A stretch of DNA of 64,000 nt from Octopus sinensis. Its lineage: Eukaryota. Positions 24,285 through 37,934 of the stretch are shown one piece after another. Position numbers and translations under genes: made by a program. The first letter of the stretch is position 1, and each line of letters starts with the position of its first letter. The DNA is taken from positions 1,454 through 65,453 of the forward strand of contig NW_021831834.1 of assembly GCF_006345805.1 (NCBI RefSeq), written 5' to 3'. The notes under the pieces were generated by a model. It was not told the origin of the DNA. It worked only from the letters and a program-made list of their open reading frames with translations, and made no database searches.

Positions 24285-25010
24285 GGCATCAGCCATGGCT
24301 ACAATCTCACTTGGCCTGACATGTCTTCTCAAGCACAGCATATCACCAAAAGTCTTGCTCATTTGTCATTGCCTCCATGAGGCCCAACATTCGAAGATCA
24401 TGCTTCACCACCATGTCTTATGTCTTCCTGGGTTTACTTCTTTCACAGGTTCTCTCCACTGTTACAGTGTGACACTTCTTCATACAGCTGTCCTCGTCCA
24501 TACACATCACATGACCATCCCAGTGCAGTCATCTCTTTTGCACTCCACATCTGATGTCTCTTATGCCTGGCTTTTCTCTCAAGGCACTTGCACCCTGTTG
24601 TACATGCACACTGACATACATATCCAGTGAAGCACACTAGCTTCATTTCTTACAAACCTACGCATGTCCTCAGCAGTCACAGCCCATGTTTCACTGCCAT
24701 GTAGCATGGCTGTTTGCACATAGGCATCATACAGTTTGCATTTCACTCTGAGAGAGAGGCCCTTTGTTACCAGCAGAGGTAGTATCTCTCTGAACTTTGC
24801 CCAGCCTATTCTTATGCTAGCAGCTATGCTCTTGGTGCATCCCCCCACTCTGCTCGCTACTGACTTGGTCCTTCTGTCATACTTTAGCCTTTCAAAACAT
24901 TTAGCATACAGCTACCCACTTCCACCTTCCCTTCTCAAATACACCCTCTTAGTTGAGGAGGCCTTTTCTCTTTTTTTGTCTGTTCTTTTATGTCTTGCAA
25001 GTTTCAAAGC
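24285..25010 (-). mobile_element. RTE-LINE ORF2 C-terminal fragment
   Basis: GGCTKSIAASIRIGWAKFREILPLLVTKGLSLRVKCKLYDAYVQTAMLHGSETW. Confidence 0.9.
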
Positions 25011-25175
25011 AACCTTACTAGAGCCAGTGGCACATAAAAAGCACCAAGATCTAAAGAAGATACTGGATCCTGATGCAGTTTTGCACTTCACACTGGTTCC
25101 CTGTCAAGCTGTCCAGCCCATGCTAGCATGGAAAGTGGACTTAAATGATGATAATAATAATGATTTATATGTATG

Positions 25176-25209
<34 letters not shown>

Positions 25210-25681
25210 TATAGCTGGCACTCCATTGGTTATGATGATGAGTGTTCCAGTTGATCTAATTAACATATAATAAGAGCCATACCCACCTAACACACCTCCA
25301 TCAGCTGCCCTATGGATATTACTATGGTTTCAACACCAGGGCAGTACCATTCAATCCGGCAGTGTAAACAACACTAACATAAGTGTTGTTTAGGAACAAA
25401 CATACCTCTGATATCATCACATTTATTCAATCTTAATTCTAGGAAGGATTAAGCACTAGCATTATTAATTAAAGTACAACAAAGAAACCACATTTTCCAT
25501 ATGTACAAAAACAGTATCAGTAAAATAATAATTCTATAAGTAAACCTATAACTGATTCTTAAATTATCTAACTAAATAGAAACCTAGCCCTTGAAGTCCA
25601 TACAGATAATATTCCCACCAGTCTTTTATAGTTATTAATGTTTATATATTTTGTATGTATGTATATATATATATATATATA

Positions 25682-26464
25682 ACATTATATATAAGGGCTT
25701 AGTAAAATAAATTACTTTGCCACATACTGAACTCATTAGAAATAGCAGCTAAAGAAATTTCTTTAGCTATTTCTAATACTTAAAGAAGATCTCTCTCAGA
25801 TAGTGTTTGCTCAAACCAACTCACAAAGGTATGGGGGAAAAAACATTAAAAAATCAAGTGCAAAGGTTATTTGAGAACGTACGTTTCTAGATTACCCTCA
25901 ATTGTTGAAATTATAATTCATTTCTCTCTGTTTAATGCTTCGGTTTTCACCGATAAAACATAGTGTTTGTCAATTTTAACCCACGCTGGTGGAAAGGGGA
26001 GAGCAGAAATTCTTCGCTTGCATATTTTGAATTTGATAACACTTTTAGTTCGAGCGGAATTCTAGAGGTGATAAGAAACCAAAAGGGTATGCTCCCACTT
26101 TCAGTGTTCCCAAATCCGAATCAAGGAGTTCTGAGCTGACGAAAGAAATGTCGATTTGACTAATCTAGAAACGTACGTTCTCAAATAACCTTTGCACTTG
26201 ATTTTTTAATGTTTTTTCCCCCATACCTTTGTGAGTTGGTTTGAGCAAACACTATCTGAGAGAGATCTTCTTTAAGTATTAGAAATAGCTAAAGAAATTT
26301 CTTTAGCTGCTATTTCTAATGAGTTCAGTATGTGGCAAAGTAATTTATTTTACTAAGCCCTTATATATAATGTAATATTTTGAATTCGCCTAAAATGGTC
26401 CCTTTACATACTGAATACTTGGTGAAATTGATTAATAATTAATTAATTTTACCCTCAATTGTTG

Positions 26465-26468
<4 letters not shown>
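25682..26468. mobile_element. Fold-back element in (TA)n: 213-bp inverted arms, 266-bp spacer, 95-bp one-sided extension
   Basis: 25682-25894 is the reverse complement of 26161-26373; no mismatch seen by eye. Confidence 0.9.
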
Positions 26469-26503
<35 letters not shown>

Positions 26504-27249
26504 AGGAAGGGCATCCAGCCGTAGAAACACTGCCAGATCAGACTGGGCCTGATGCAGCCTTCTGGCTTCACAGACCCCAGTTGAACCGTCCAACCCATGC
26601 TAGCATGGAAAGCGGATGCTAAATGATGATGATGATGATGATGATGATATATATATATAAATGGATGAATGAATTATCCTTTGTTTACCATTAACATGGA
26701 AAATTCAATAAACAGTTACCAAGGTAGCAAAATTCACGCAAGTAACAAGGATGTAGCGACCTATTCAAAGGTAGGAACTCCGGGTTAATGTGCAGTAATT
26801 TGTGTAGTATAAGTAAATAAATGGAGTTGAATGCAGATGCTACTCAAATTCTTTTACTTTCAACATATGTCTCGAAGACCACATTGTTTTTATTCCAAAG
26901 GAATAAACGGTGTAAAATCCAATCTTCTCATCAGGAAAAAAGAGAGCCTATCTCAACAACAAGACATTATAACAATTTCGATGACTGCATAAAGGATAAA
27001 CAGAATGTTATTAAGTATTTAAAAAAAAGCATTAGTAGATTCGACGTCAAAGGCAGATACTAGAAAGATAAGGGGTAAAGAAATAATAAGTAGAGAACAA
27101 ATAAAGAGGGATACATTGGTTGAAAGAATGTTCAAAGGCTTGGAAGTAGATTTCTCTATTGAAGTAAAGTGTAAGTTAAACTAACTGTTCAAACATATGT
27201 CGAAAGTAAAAGAATTTGAATAGCATCTGCCTTCAACTCCATTTATTTA

Positions 27250-27294
<45 letters not shown>

Positions 27295-27485
27295 AACTAT
27301 ATATATAGTCAAGTGAAATCATAGTCGTGGCAGATGCTAGTGCTGCCTGACTGGCACCTGTGTCGGTAGTATGTTTAAAAGCACCATTTGATGTGGCGGA
27401 TACCAATGCCAATGACACGTAAAAAGCATCACTCAAGCGTGGTCTATGTCAGTGCTACCTGACTGGTTTCTGTGCTGGTGGCACA

Positions 27486-27981
27486 TAAAGAGCACAATTC
27501 AAGTATGATCAATGCCAGTGCTGCCTGACTGGCACCTGTGTCAGTGGCACGTTTAAAAGCACCATTTGAACGTGGCTGATGCCAGTGCTGGAGACACGTA
27601 AAAAGCATCAGTCGAGCATGGTCTATGCCAGTGCCACCAGACTAGTTTCTGTGCTGGTAGAAAGAGCACAATTCAAGAGCTCTTTTTTGCTCTTCAAGAG
27701 CACAAGTCAAGAGTACAATTCAAATAAAGAGCACAATTCAAGTATGATCAATGCCAGTGCTGCCTGACTGGCACCTGTGTCAGTGGCACGTTTAAAAGCA
27801 CCATTTGAACGTGGCTGATGCCAGTGCTGGAGACACGTAAAAAGCATCAGTCGAGCATGGTCTATGCCAGTGCCACCAGACTAGTTTCTGTGCTGGTAGA
27901 AAGAGCACAATTCAAGAGCTCTTTTTTGCTCTTCAAGAGCACAAGTCAAGAGTACAATTCAAATAAAGAGCACAATTCAAG
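27486..27981 (+). repeat. 239-bp tandem duplication within an RTE 3' UTR minisatellite
   Basis: TAAAGAGCACAATTCAAG recurs at 27486, 27725 and 27964; ORFs 27579 and 27818 share their first 55 aa. Confidence 0.9.
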
Positions 27982-28639
27982 CACACATGCATACATACAT
28001 GTAATATACCAGGTTGAGTCAAAAATTCAGATATTCATTTATGATTTGTATCGACTTGCATGTCCATGTTGTATCATTAATATAATACAACTTGTTGTTC
28101 AACTATTACCCTTTACTTGTTTCAGTCATTTGACTGTGGCCATACTGGAGCACTGCCTTTAGTCGAACAAATTGACCTTGGGACTTATTCTTTGGAAGCC
28201 TAGTACTTATTTTATCGGTCTCTTTTAACGGGGACATAAACACACCAGCATCGGTTGTCAAGCAATGCTAGGGGGACAAACACAGACACACATATATATA
28301 TACATATATACGACAGGCTTCTTTCAGTTTCCATCTACCAAATCCACTCATAAGGCTTTGGTTGGCCTGAGGCTATAGTAGAAGACACTTGCCCAAGATG
28401 TCACGCAGTGGGACTGAACCTGGAACCATGTGGTTGGTAAGCAAGCTACTTACCACACAGCCACTCCTGAACTATTTATTCTTTATGTTCATATATAAGA
28501 CATAAACATGAATTGTCTATTCTGTATTTTACAGCTTTGATAATGATTGGTGAAAACTTGCAATTTGAACCATTTTATGCTACCTATGGAAAAAAAAAAA
28601 AAGACTGAATGTAAGGGCAGGGGGAAAAAGAAATTAATG

Positions 28640-28930
28640 ATGTGAAAAGCCCAGGAGCTACCAATGAATGTGTGGTACAAAACTGGCTCAGACATTTCAA
28701 GGAAGGTGATACCAGCCTCAAAGACAAACCAAGGTCAGGGAGATATTCTGTTGTAGAAAATGAAACCTTGCTTAAAATGGCTTCATTTCAAACACAAGCA
28801 CAAGCACTCATACACTGTTGGTAGAACTTGGTCCTTCACAAAGCATCTCGATAAGCTTGGCCTTGTAGACTGATGCTATTGAGAAGCTCTACATGAACTG
28901 ATCAATGATCAGGCTCTAAAAGAATGAGAT
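28640..28930 (+). mobile_element. Mariner transposase N-terminal (HTH) fragment
   Basis: VVQNWLRHFKEGDTSLKDKPRSGR. Confidence 0.8.
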
Positions 28931-29398
28931 GAAAAATGGATCTATTTTTGTAACCCTAATAAAAGAATCCAGTGGTTTCATTCTGACCAGGCTTTGTTAT
29001 AATTATCACCATTACTATTACTGTCCATTTAAAATAGGCTTGAATAAAATTTTTTTCTCTGACTTTTCTCTAACTTCACTTGAGTTGTGTAGTTTGTAGA
29101 ATGGGAATATCATAAACTTTTTCTAACCACATGTTGCCAGATGGTTGCCTGAAGGGATCTGATGGACATCAGGGTCCCTAATTTGCTATCAGTGTTTAAA
29201 TTTAACCATTTCCCTACAGTTGTCAGTCCTGGAACATAACTGTCGCGGCATAAACCTGGTGATTGCGTAACCCATGAAAGTATTAGTTAATTTCACTGTT
29301 GTAAAATTGTAAAAATTGCAAATAATAAAATGTGAAAGTTAGACTTAGTTGGAATTTCATTGATTAATCTATTCTTCTATACACAATCATAAAAACTC

Positions 29399-29445
<47 letters not shown>

Positions 29446-30136
29446 TATATTACACATACATATAAATATATGGTGGTTGTCTACTCCTTATGCAGAGTCT
29501 GACTACCTCTTGTACCGACACCCTAGATCCATCATGGCATCTGATGTGGCTTTTTAAACTAGACAATGTATTGAAAAGACACCCTCATAGATTGCATATT
29601 TGATTTGGACCATCAAGAGCTGTGGTTAAGTTCTGATCTTTGTGGATCTTAAAATGTCTTTTGAGGCCTCCACTAAAATTACAGACCTTATGGCATATAC
29701 AGCATTGAAATGTGTGTCACAGATATGTAGGCAGAATAATTAGTGGAGGTTTGTTTTACATTGGTCCTCAAATGAAATTTGAATCCAGTGATGAAACTAG
29801 CAACCCCACCAAGCTTGCTTGGTGAGGAGGGTGTTTATTGGGACAAAAGTAAGACTCATCAATGGGTGGATGAACTCATGAGTAGTCAACAGCCATCCAA
29901 CAAATGTGTGTAAATATGCATTCTAAAAAATTTTTTAATTAAAAATTTTATATTTTATTTTTAAAATTTTAATTATTTTCTTATGAATGTATGTATGAGC
30001 TGCTCTGTTGAACACAAGAATGATATTTAATCACTCTATGTTCGGGTGTTGGTTTGATGTCTGGCATAGGATAGTTACCTCACAGGCAGGTAGAAGCTCT
30101 TTAACCTTTGGCATATATATATGTGTGTATATATAT

Positions 30137-31260
30137 ATTGGACCATTCGATAAATTGTGTAGTTTTGTATATTTCTTTTATTTTTCAAACTTAAAATAAA
30201 CAACGTTCTTTTTTTTAATCTAAAATAAACTCTTCTTCATTTTTTACGATGCTCTTCCATCTATCTGGTAGACTTGCAAAGCCCCGCTTCCAAAATTCAC
30301 TTGTCTGTGATGAAAAATACTCCTCCAGTACTGTTCTGACCTCATCTACAGAATTCATATTTTTCCTCCCGAAATGATTTTGAAGATTGTGGAATAAATG
30401 ATAATCAGATAGGGCAATGTCTGGCGAATATGGTAGGTGGGGCATCATTTCCCATTCAAACTGCTCCAGACTTTGGAATGTCAGCCAAGCATTATCCTGA
30501 TGGAAGAACACCTTTCATCTTCAAACCAAAGATGGTTATTTTCCTTCTAGCGCTGACTTAAGCTGCTCAAGCTGTTTGCAGTAGATCTCCTTTGTTATCG
30601 TTTGGTTTGGGTTTATAAGTTGAAAGTGGACTAAACTTTTTATATCCTACCAAATAGATAACAACATCTTATGTGGGCGAAGACCTTCTTTAGCCTGGAG
30701 TTTACCTTTCTCTACTCACTGTTTTAGTGCTTGACATTTTTATAGAGATCCCATTTCTTGTCACCAGTCACTATTTGGTCCAAAAAAGGTTCATTCCTGA
30801 GATGTGACTGCAAAGAGGAGCACACATTCACCCTCTGCATGCAATTAAACTTAGAAAGTTTGTGAGGAACCCATTGACTCAATTTGCTCACATTTCTGAT
30901 GGCACACAGGTGTCAATGAATGGTTGAATGATGAAATACAAGCTTCTCTGCTAGTTCCTCAACAGTTACAATGAGATTTTGTTCTACCAGGGTTTGCAGG
31001 ATGTCCTCATTGAGTTCTACAGATCTTCTAGGATGAGGCTTGTCTTCTAGGCAGTAGTTTCCAGCTCAGAATTTCTGGAACCACCATTGACACTGGCTTA
31101 CAAATATTGTCTGATACCCATATACTACATTAATATTCCTCACAATTTCGGTTGTGTTGTTGCTTTTATTGAACTTCTAAAGCAAAATGTGCTGAATATG
31201 CTCCTTAGTAACTTCCATTATGGCTTTGAAAAAATAACTATTAAAATCGACCGGCATTCT
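30137..31260 (-). mobile_element. Mariner (DD34D) transposase pseudogene
   Basis: ATG 31218 MEVTKEHIQHILL, CQWWFQKF..LEDKP, FHQDNA...PHLPYSPDIALSDYHLF...LPDRWKSIV; ends approximate. Confidence 0.88.
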
Positions 31261-31885
31261 TCAAAACTTGCACTAAGAATAAGGACACGGTAAAATTACT
31301 ACCTGCTTTTATAGCAAGTTGATGCAGGTAGTTTATCCAATCCCCCTCTGACTTTTGGTGATATGCTGTGCTTGAGAAGACATGTCAGGCCAAGAAATAT
31401 TGAATAAATAAAATATTAATTTGACAAATATACACCTCACTCAGTTAAATCCACATATATAAATCTGTCTGGTTATTCAAGTTATACAATAGTATATAGA
31501 GCATGACTAATCGGTGTAGATGTCTGTATAGGAGAGAATAATGATTTCTAGCCTTAATGATAATAATATCAATGATTCAATGGTTGCTTTGTATAATTGC
31601 AGAGGAGTGGTTAACAATAGAAATATGAGATTACATAAATACTTGAGCCTGAGTCAACTACCCTGGTATCTTGTGTAACTGAGTGAGGTGTATATTTGTC
31701 AAGTGAATATTTTATTTATTCAATATTTCTTTTTCTAAAGAGCAACAATTCACATAGCACAATATATTTATGTGTGTGTATCTATCTATCTATCTATCTA
31801 TTATGCATGTATATATTTGTATGTATGTGTATGTGTGTGTAATATATATATATGTAATAGTATGTATGTATGTGTGTGTGTGTGC

Positions 31886-31920
<35 letters not shown>

Positions 31921-32009
31921 TGTATGTATGTATATATATGTATGTGTGTTTGTGTATAATATATATATATATAAAGTTAATCCAAACAAGTTATATATGT
32001 ATATATATA

Positions 32010-32513
32010 TATGATAGCTTGCACCCATGCCAACCTCCCTTCATTGGACACTAAACTCTGCCTGCGAAGACCTGTTGGGGCAAGTGAAATCGAAATTGAA
32101 CCAAATTCGACGACTGGCACCTGTGCCAATGCAGCTGCCTGGCTTCTGTGCCAGTGGGCACATAAAAACCACCTTTTGAGCATGATTGTTACCAGTGTCG
32201 CCTTACTGGCACTTGTGCCAGTGGCAAGTGAGCAAAACATTCGAGCGAGGTCGTTGCCAGTGCCGCTGGACTGGCTCCTGTGCAGGTGGCAAGTAAAGAA
32301 ACATCATTTCGATCGTGGCCGCTGCCAGCCTTGCCTGGCACGTAAAAAGCACCCACTACACTCACGGAGTGGTTGGTGTTAGGAAGGGCATCCAGCTGTA
32401 GAAACACTGCCAGATCAGACTGGAGCTTGGTGCAGCCTCCTGGCTTCCCAGAACCCGGTCAAAACGTGCAACCCATGCTAGCATGGAAAACGGACATTAA
32501 ATAATGATGATGA
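32010..32513 (+). mobile_element. RTE-LINE 3' UTR copy; others about 26501-26647(+), 35965-36180(-), 53940-54168(+), 55011-55420(-)
   Basis: Shared GGAAGGGCATCCAGCTGTAGAAACACTGCCAGATCAGACTGG core and (GAT)n tail. Confidence 0.85.
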
Positions 32514-32541
32514 ATATATATACACACACTCACACACACAC

Positions 32542-32587
<46 letters not shown>

Positions 32588-35500
32588 CTATCTATCTATC
32601 TATTTCTCTATCTCTCTCTCTATATATATACATATAAAACATGGTGTGATTAAGAATATCCTGAAACACGTATAATGTAGGTAACTCTACAGCTATTTAT
32701 TTGTAAAACTCAATTTTGGAGACTGAACATTCTATTGTTCTCTAAATTAGACAGAAAAATAATTGAGAATCTGTTTACTCATCTGTTTTAGGATAATTGT
32801 CCTTCATCAGAGATGGTGTGTTACGAATATTTAGCTATTCAGAGAATGCTGGATAATTAGATATGTAGGTGTTGACTGGTTAAATGGATATAGTGTATAG
32901 ATATTAACTGCTTAGATGATTATTGGATGGATACACACAATGTAGAGATATTCTTTCCTACTCTAGGCTAAAGGCCCAAAATTTTTGGGAAGGGGACTAG
33001 TTGATTAGATTGACGTCAATACACAACTGGTACTTAATTTATTGACCTTGAAAGAATAAAAAGCAAAGTTGACCTTGGTCGAATTTGAACTCAAACTGTA
33101 AAAACAGATGAAATACTGCTAAGTATTTGGCCCAGTGTGCTAATGTTTCTGCCAGCTTGCTGCCATACAAGGTAAAGATATTAGCTAGATATAATGACAT
33201 TGTGTCTACTGTTTAGATAGACAGATAGATAGACACAGTGTAGAAATATTGATTGAAAAGACAAAGTGTGTAGGTGTGATAAATAGATACTGTTTGGTTT
33301 GAACCTCTTTGTTTAAATTACTTTCAATGTGAAAGTTATATTCCTATATAACCAGGATCCTGTATAACTTTTGATACTGTTGAACTAATGTGAAGGCTTT
33401 TATGTAGTTACTTGATTTTGTAGGAAAAGCATCCAAATCTACCTAATATTTCCTGACAGCAACTAAAATAAAGGACAATAAGTTGGATAATGTAATCCCT
33501 GACATACATATAGGCATAGGGGTGGCTGTGTGGTAAGTAGCTTGCTTACCAACCACATGGTTCTGGGTTCAGTCCCACTGCGTGGCACATAGGGCAAGTG
33601 TCTTCTACCATAGCCTCGGGTCGACCAAAGCCTTGTGAGTGGATTTGGTAGATGGAAACTGAAAGAAGCCTGTCGTATATATGTATATGTATATGTGTGT
33701 GTGTGTGCGTGTGTGTGTATGTTTGTGTGTCTGTGTTTGTCACCCCAACATCGCTTGACAACCGATGCTGGTGTGTTTACGTCCCTGTAACCTAGCGGTT
33801 CGGTAAAAGAGACCGATAGAATAAGTACTAGGTTTACAAAGAATAAGTCCTGGGGTCGATTTGCTCGACTAAAGGCAGTGCTCCAGCATGGCCACAGCCA
33901 AATGACTGAAACAAGTAAAAGAGTAAAGAGTATATACAAACGATGTACTTTCAAATCTGGATATTATTGGATCATAGGTTTGTTCAGTGAGGGCTGATGT
34001 GGGGCTAAATTCCAACAACAACCATTCATATTGATCATAGATTATTTTCATTTCCATCATTATGATGTTTGAGGAGGTGGGGATTACACCCTGACAACCT
34101 TTATCTTCTTCCTTGATTCCCCTGTCACTAGGTTCTCTTAAATATATTACCTTGAAAATACACTCTGGATTCTTATCAACATCTTGTTTTTCTCTCATAC
34201 ATCACTCTACCCACCCATATATAGCATAAAGTAGGCTGTACTCCTTCCTACTCAACCTTCTCCACTGTCTTTATTACACTAACTATTTCTTCAATCTCCT
34301 GACACTCCTTTTCCTTCTTTTTCTTATTCCATCTGTAGTGAGTGATGCCTGGTTCCAGATGCCATTTTGGGATTTTCATCCATGCATGCGCAGGGATTAG
34401 AGCCTTCCAGAAGAACCCTTATGCACATGCGCAGTTATCAGCAGCAGCTAGGCTTGACCACCATTCTCTCTCTCTTTGGCCCCAGCTTCTGACCAGACAT
34501 GATGCAACTTGGACCAGATTTGTGGAGCTGGAATTCTGACGGCGAGCAATATTGCGAGTCTGTGAAAATGCCTTCATATTTTTGTGTCTAACTACCAGCC
34601 CTGCTGCTTCTCGCATACCAAGACGGCTGTTCAGGCTACCGATGTCCTGAGATGAAATGTTTATTCAGGCGAAATAAATTATTATTCTTATTTGTTTGGA
34701 GATTCTTGTTCCCACTATTTTCCTTTCCATGACTATGTAAGGAATTGTGAGGCACCCATCCAGTGCCAACCTCACTTCCTACACATCATTTCTTCATGTA
34801 TCACTTTACTCACTCATGGGAGTAGCACAGCAACTCCTCCTATTCAACCCTCACCACTGTGTTATCACTCTCTAACTCTCTCTCATTAACCTCACTGACA
34901 CTACTTTTCCCTTTCCCTTCTGTTACTCCCTTTCCTAAAGCTGTCTCTGATATTTTCTCCCCTATCACTCTCTTCCAACAATAACCCCTGTAACTCTAAA
35001 TAAGAACTGACTTAAACCCTGATGAACTGCTTGCTCCATGTGGGAATGGCAAACAGACCCACTCCTATCACAGGGTTTACTCACTTAACCCATCTCAACA
35101 CCCTTACCGCTCTCTTTCGCACTAATCCCTGACATTACACTTCCCTTCTACTCTCCTCTGCCTCTCATTACTTTATACCAATGCTGTTCCTACTGTCATT
35201 CTTTTCATTACCAACAAGTCACAACAATAAATCTGTTCCTTTCATTGTGAGAGCTCTCTTTTGTTTAGTAAGTTGTAAGGTGACTTTAACAGTGCTGGCG
35301 TCACAAAAAGCACCCAGTACACTTTGTAAGTAATTGGTAACTGATTCAAGCAGCAACCATGCTAAACTTGAGAGGTCTCTTTGGTCATGCTGAGAGCAAG
35401 GCAACCTCTATAGTGTTAGTGCCACAAAAAGAATATGCATCCAATACATTTTGTAAAATGGTTGATGCAAGGAAGGATATCAAACCATACAGACTATGCC

Positions 35501-35622
35501 AAAACTGAGAGACTAGAGCAAGATGTAGTCCTCCAACCCATTGAATCCAAACAAGATGTTCTACCTCAGTCAGCCAGCCAGCATGGAAAATGGACATTAT
35601 ATATATATATATATATATATAT

Positions 35623-35935
35623 GTGATAACAAAGGGTAAAATTAATTAATTAAGAAGTAATTAATAATTTCACCAAGTAGAATTCGGTATGAAAAAAGGA
35701 CCATTTCACGGTAAGCTTAAGTAATACTAATAAAAAGGGTCCAGCAAAGATTTGCTTCACCACACACCGAAGTTTAGAAATAGCAGCCAAAAATCTTAGC
35801 TATTTCTTCTACTTTAAAAGGAGAAACCCTCCGGGAGACCACCTTTTAAAGTAGAAGAAATAGCTAAGATTTTTGGCTGCTATTTCTAAACTTCGGTGTG
35901 TGGTGAAGCAAATCTTTGCTGGACCCTTTTTATTA

Positions 35936-35939
<4 letters not shown>
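35623..35939. mobile_element. Fold-back element in (TA)n: perfect 98-bp arms, 20-nt loop, 101-bp one-sided extension
   Basis: 35724-35821 is the exact reverse complement of 35842-35939. Confidence 0.9.
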
Positions 35940-35969
<30 letters not shown>

Positions 35970-37106
35970 TCATCATCATCATTTAACGTCCGCTTTCCAT
36001 GCTGGCATGGGATAGACAGTTTGACTGAGGACTGGTGAGCCAGAGGCTACATCAGGCTCAATCTGATCTGGCAAAGTTTCAATAGCTGGATGCCCTTTCT
36101 AATTCCAACCACTCTGAGAGTGTAGTGGGTGCTTTTATGTGCCACTGGTACGAGGGCCAATCAGGCGGTACTGGCAACGATCATAAAATGATGATGATGA
36201 TGATGATGATGATGCATCTGGACACACATCTGTCACACCCTCTGTATTGTTCTTGACATCGCATTTGCTTTGGCTACTCACTCAGAGAATACTGAATGGA
36301 TAGACATGGTGTATGGATGTTGACTGGTGAAATAGACAGTGTAAGCACGCATACCTGTAGATGGAAACTGTCTTTGTATGTGTTTGTATGTGTATGTATG
36401 TGTATGTATGTGTGTGCATATGCATGTGTCTGTCTGTGTTTGTTTACATTTGCACTTCTCAGAAAGCTGCTCAGCTACAAGTGATGATGTCAATGCTATT
36501 TCCCCTGTAAATAAATCATCCACTCCCTTTGTGCCTTTGAAGATATGTGAATTAAGAGAAAAACAGGTGAGCAAAAAAAGGGCATGTTGCAAAAACAAAA
36601 AAAAAAGCTTACTGACATGTTTATCTAACCCATGCTAGAATGGAAAGACAGACATAAAATGAAAGGATGACTATGTTCTCTGACTGTCTTTCTTTCTCAC
36701 TCTCCTCTCCCTCCCTCCCTTTCTTGTCTTACTGAGTAGCCAAGTATCTCCTCTATAGTAAGACCAGCTATCCCTTGTACCTCTTTCATATTTCAACCTC
36801 TTGCCTGGCACATGGCCACCTCCCTCAATTGAGATGTTCTTGTCTTGCAAACTTCTTGGTGACCCTGTAAGTGTTGGTGTCACATTAAAAGCACCCATAC
36901 TGGTTCCACACGGAAAGCACCTGTGTAGGTGCTACAGAAAAAGCACTCAGTAAGCTCTGTAAAGTGGATGGGTGTTAGAAAGGGTATTATGCCATAAGAA
37001 ACCATGCCAAAACAGACAACTGTAGTGTGGCACACCCTTCTGGTTAGCCAACCCCCGTCAAACTGTCATGCCAACATGGAAAATATACTTTAAATATGGT
37101 GATGAT

Positions 37107-37133
<27 letters not shown>

Positions 37134-37137
<4 letters not shown>

Positions 37138-37296
37138 AGAATTAACAAAAAAACAAAAGACGAAGACAGGTGGTGTAGACAACAAACAGATGTCGGGAAG
37201 TGAAAAAGTCTTTAAAGTTTTGAGCCTATGCTTTTCCACAGAAAGAAACAAGGAGAGAATACAAAGAATGTATTGTGGCTAGCAATCTATTATGGC

Positions 37297-37300
<4 letters not shown>
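37134..37300 (-). repeat. (TA)n-flanked fragment with a degenerate hammerhead-like motif (probable Penelope pLTR remnant)
   Basis: Minus strand 37209-37246: TCTTT-CTGTGGA-A-AAGC-ATAG-GCTC-AAAA-CTTT-AAAGA. Confidence 0.5.
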
Positions 37301-37336
<36 letters not shown>

Positions 37337-37499
37337 TTAGAGAATATTAGTTAGGGCTAGTTCATAGGGTTATCTAGAGTTTTATCTCCTCAAAGCACTT
37401 AGCTTTACACATATCTCATTAGATCCTATTTTCTCCATAACTCACAGTGTTCTTCCCTTTCGGGTCGATCAACATCAGTGGGAATTGCAGCTGTGGTTA

Positions 37500-37928
37500 A
37501 GCGAACCATCCGTTCGTGTCCGCTGCCAGCCTCGACTGGCCCCCGTGCCGGTGACACATAAAAGCACCATCCGTTCGTGGCCGTTTGCCAGCTCTGTCTG
37601 GCCCCCGTGTCGGTGGCACATAAAAGCACCATCCGTTCATGTCCGTTGCCAGCCTCGCCTGGCCCCGTGCCGGTGACACGTAAAAGCACCATCCGTTCGT
37701 GGCCGTTTGCCAGCCCTGTCTGGCACCTGTGCGGGTGGCATGTAAAAAGCACCCACTACACTCACGGAGTGGTTGGCGTTAAGAAGGGCATCCAGCCGTA
37801 GAAACACTGCCAGATCTGACTGGGCCTGACGAAGCCTTCCAGCTTCACAGACCCCAGTTGAACCGTCCAACCCATACTAGCATGGAAAGCGGACGCTAAT
37901 TGATGATGATGATGATGATGATGATGAT
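37500..37928 (+). mobile_element. Young RTE 3' UTR copy with 60/61-bp minisatellite
   Basis: Four repeat units, then the shared core and (GAT)n. Confidence 0.9.
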
Positions 37929-37934
37929 AACAAT

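Noticed and set aside
34340-34690. Possible solo LTR
   Set aside because: No clear TG...CA boundaries or TSD could be fixed from the sequence.
37500-37780. CRISPR-like repeat periodicity
   Set aside because: Contiguous 60-bp units without unique spacers, inside a LINE 3' UTR of a eukaryote.
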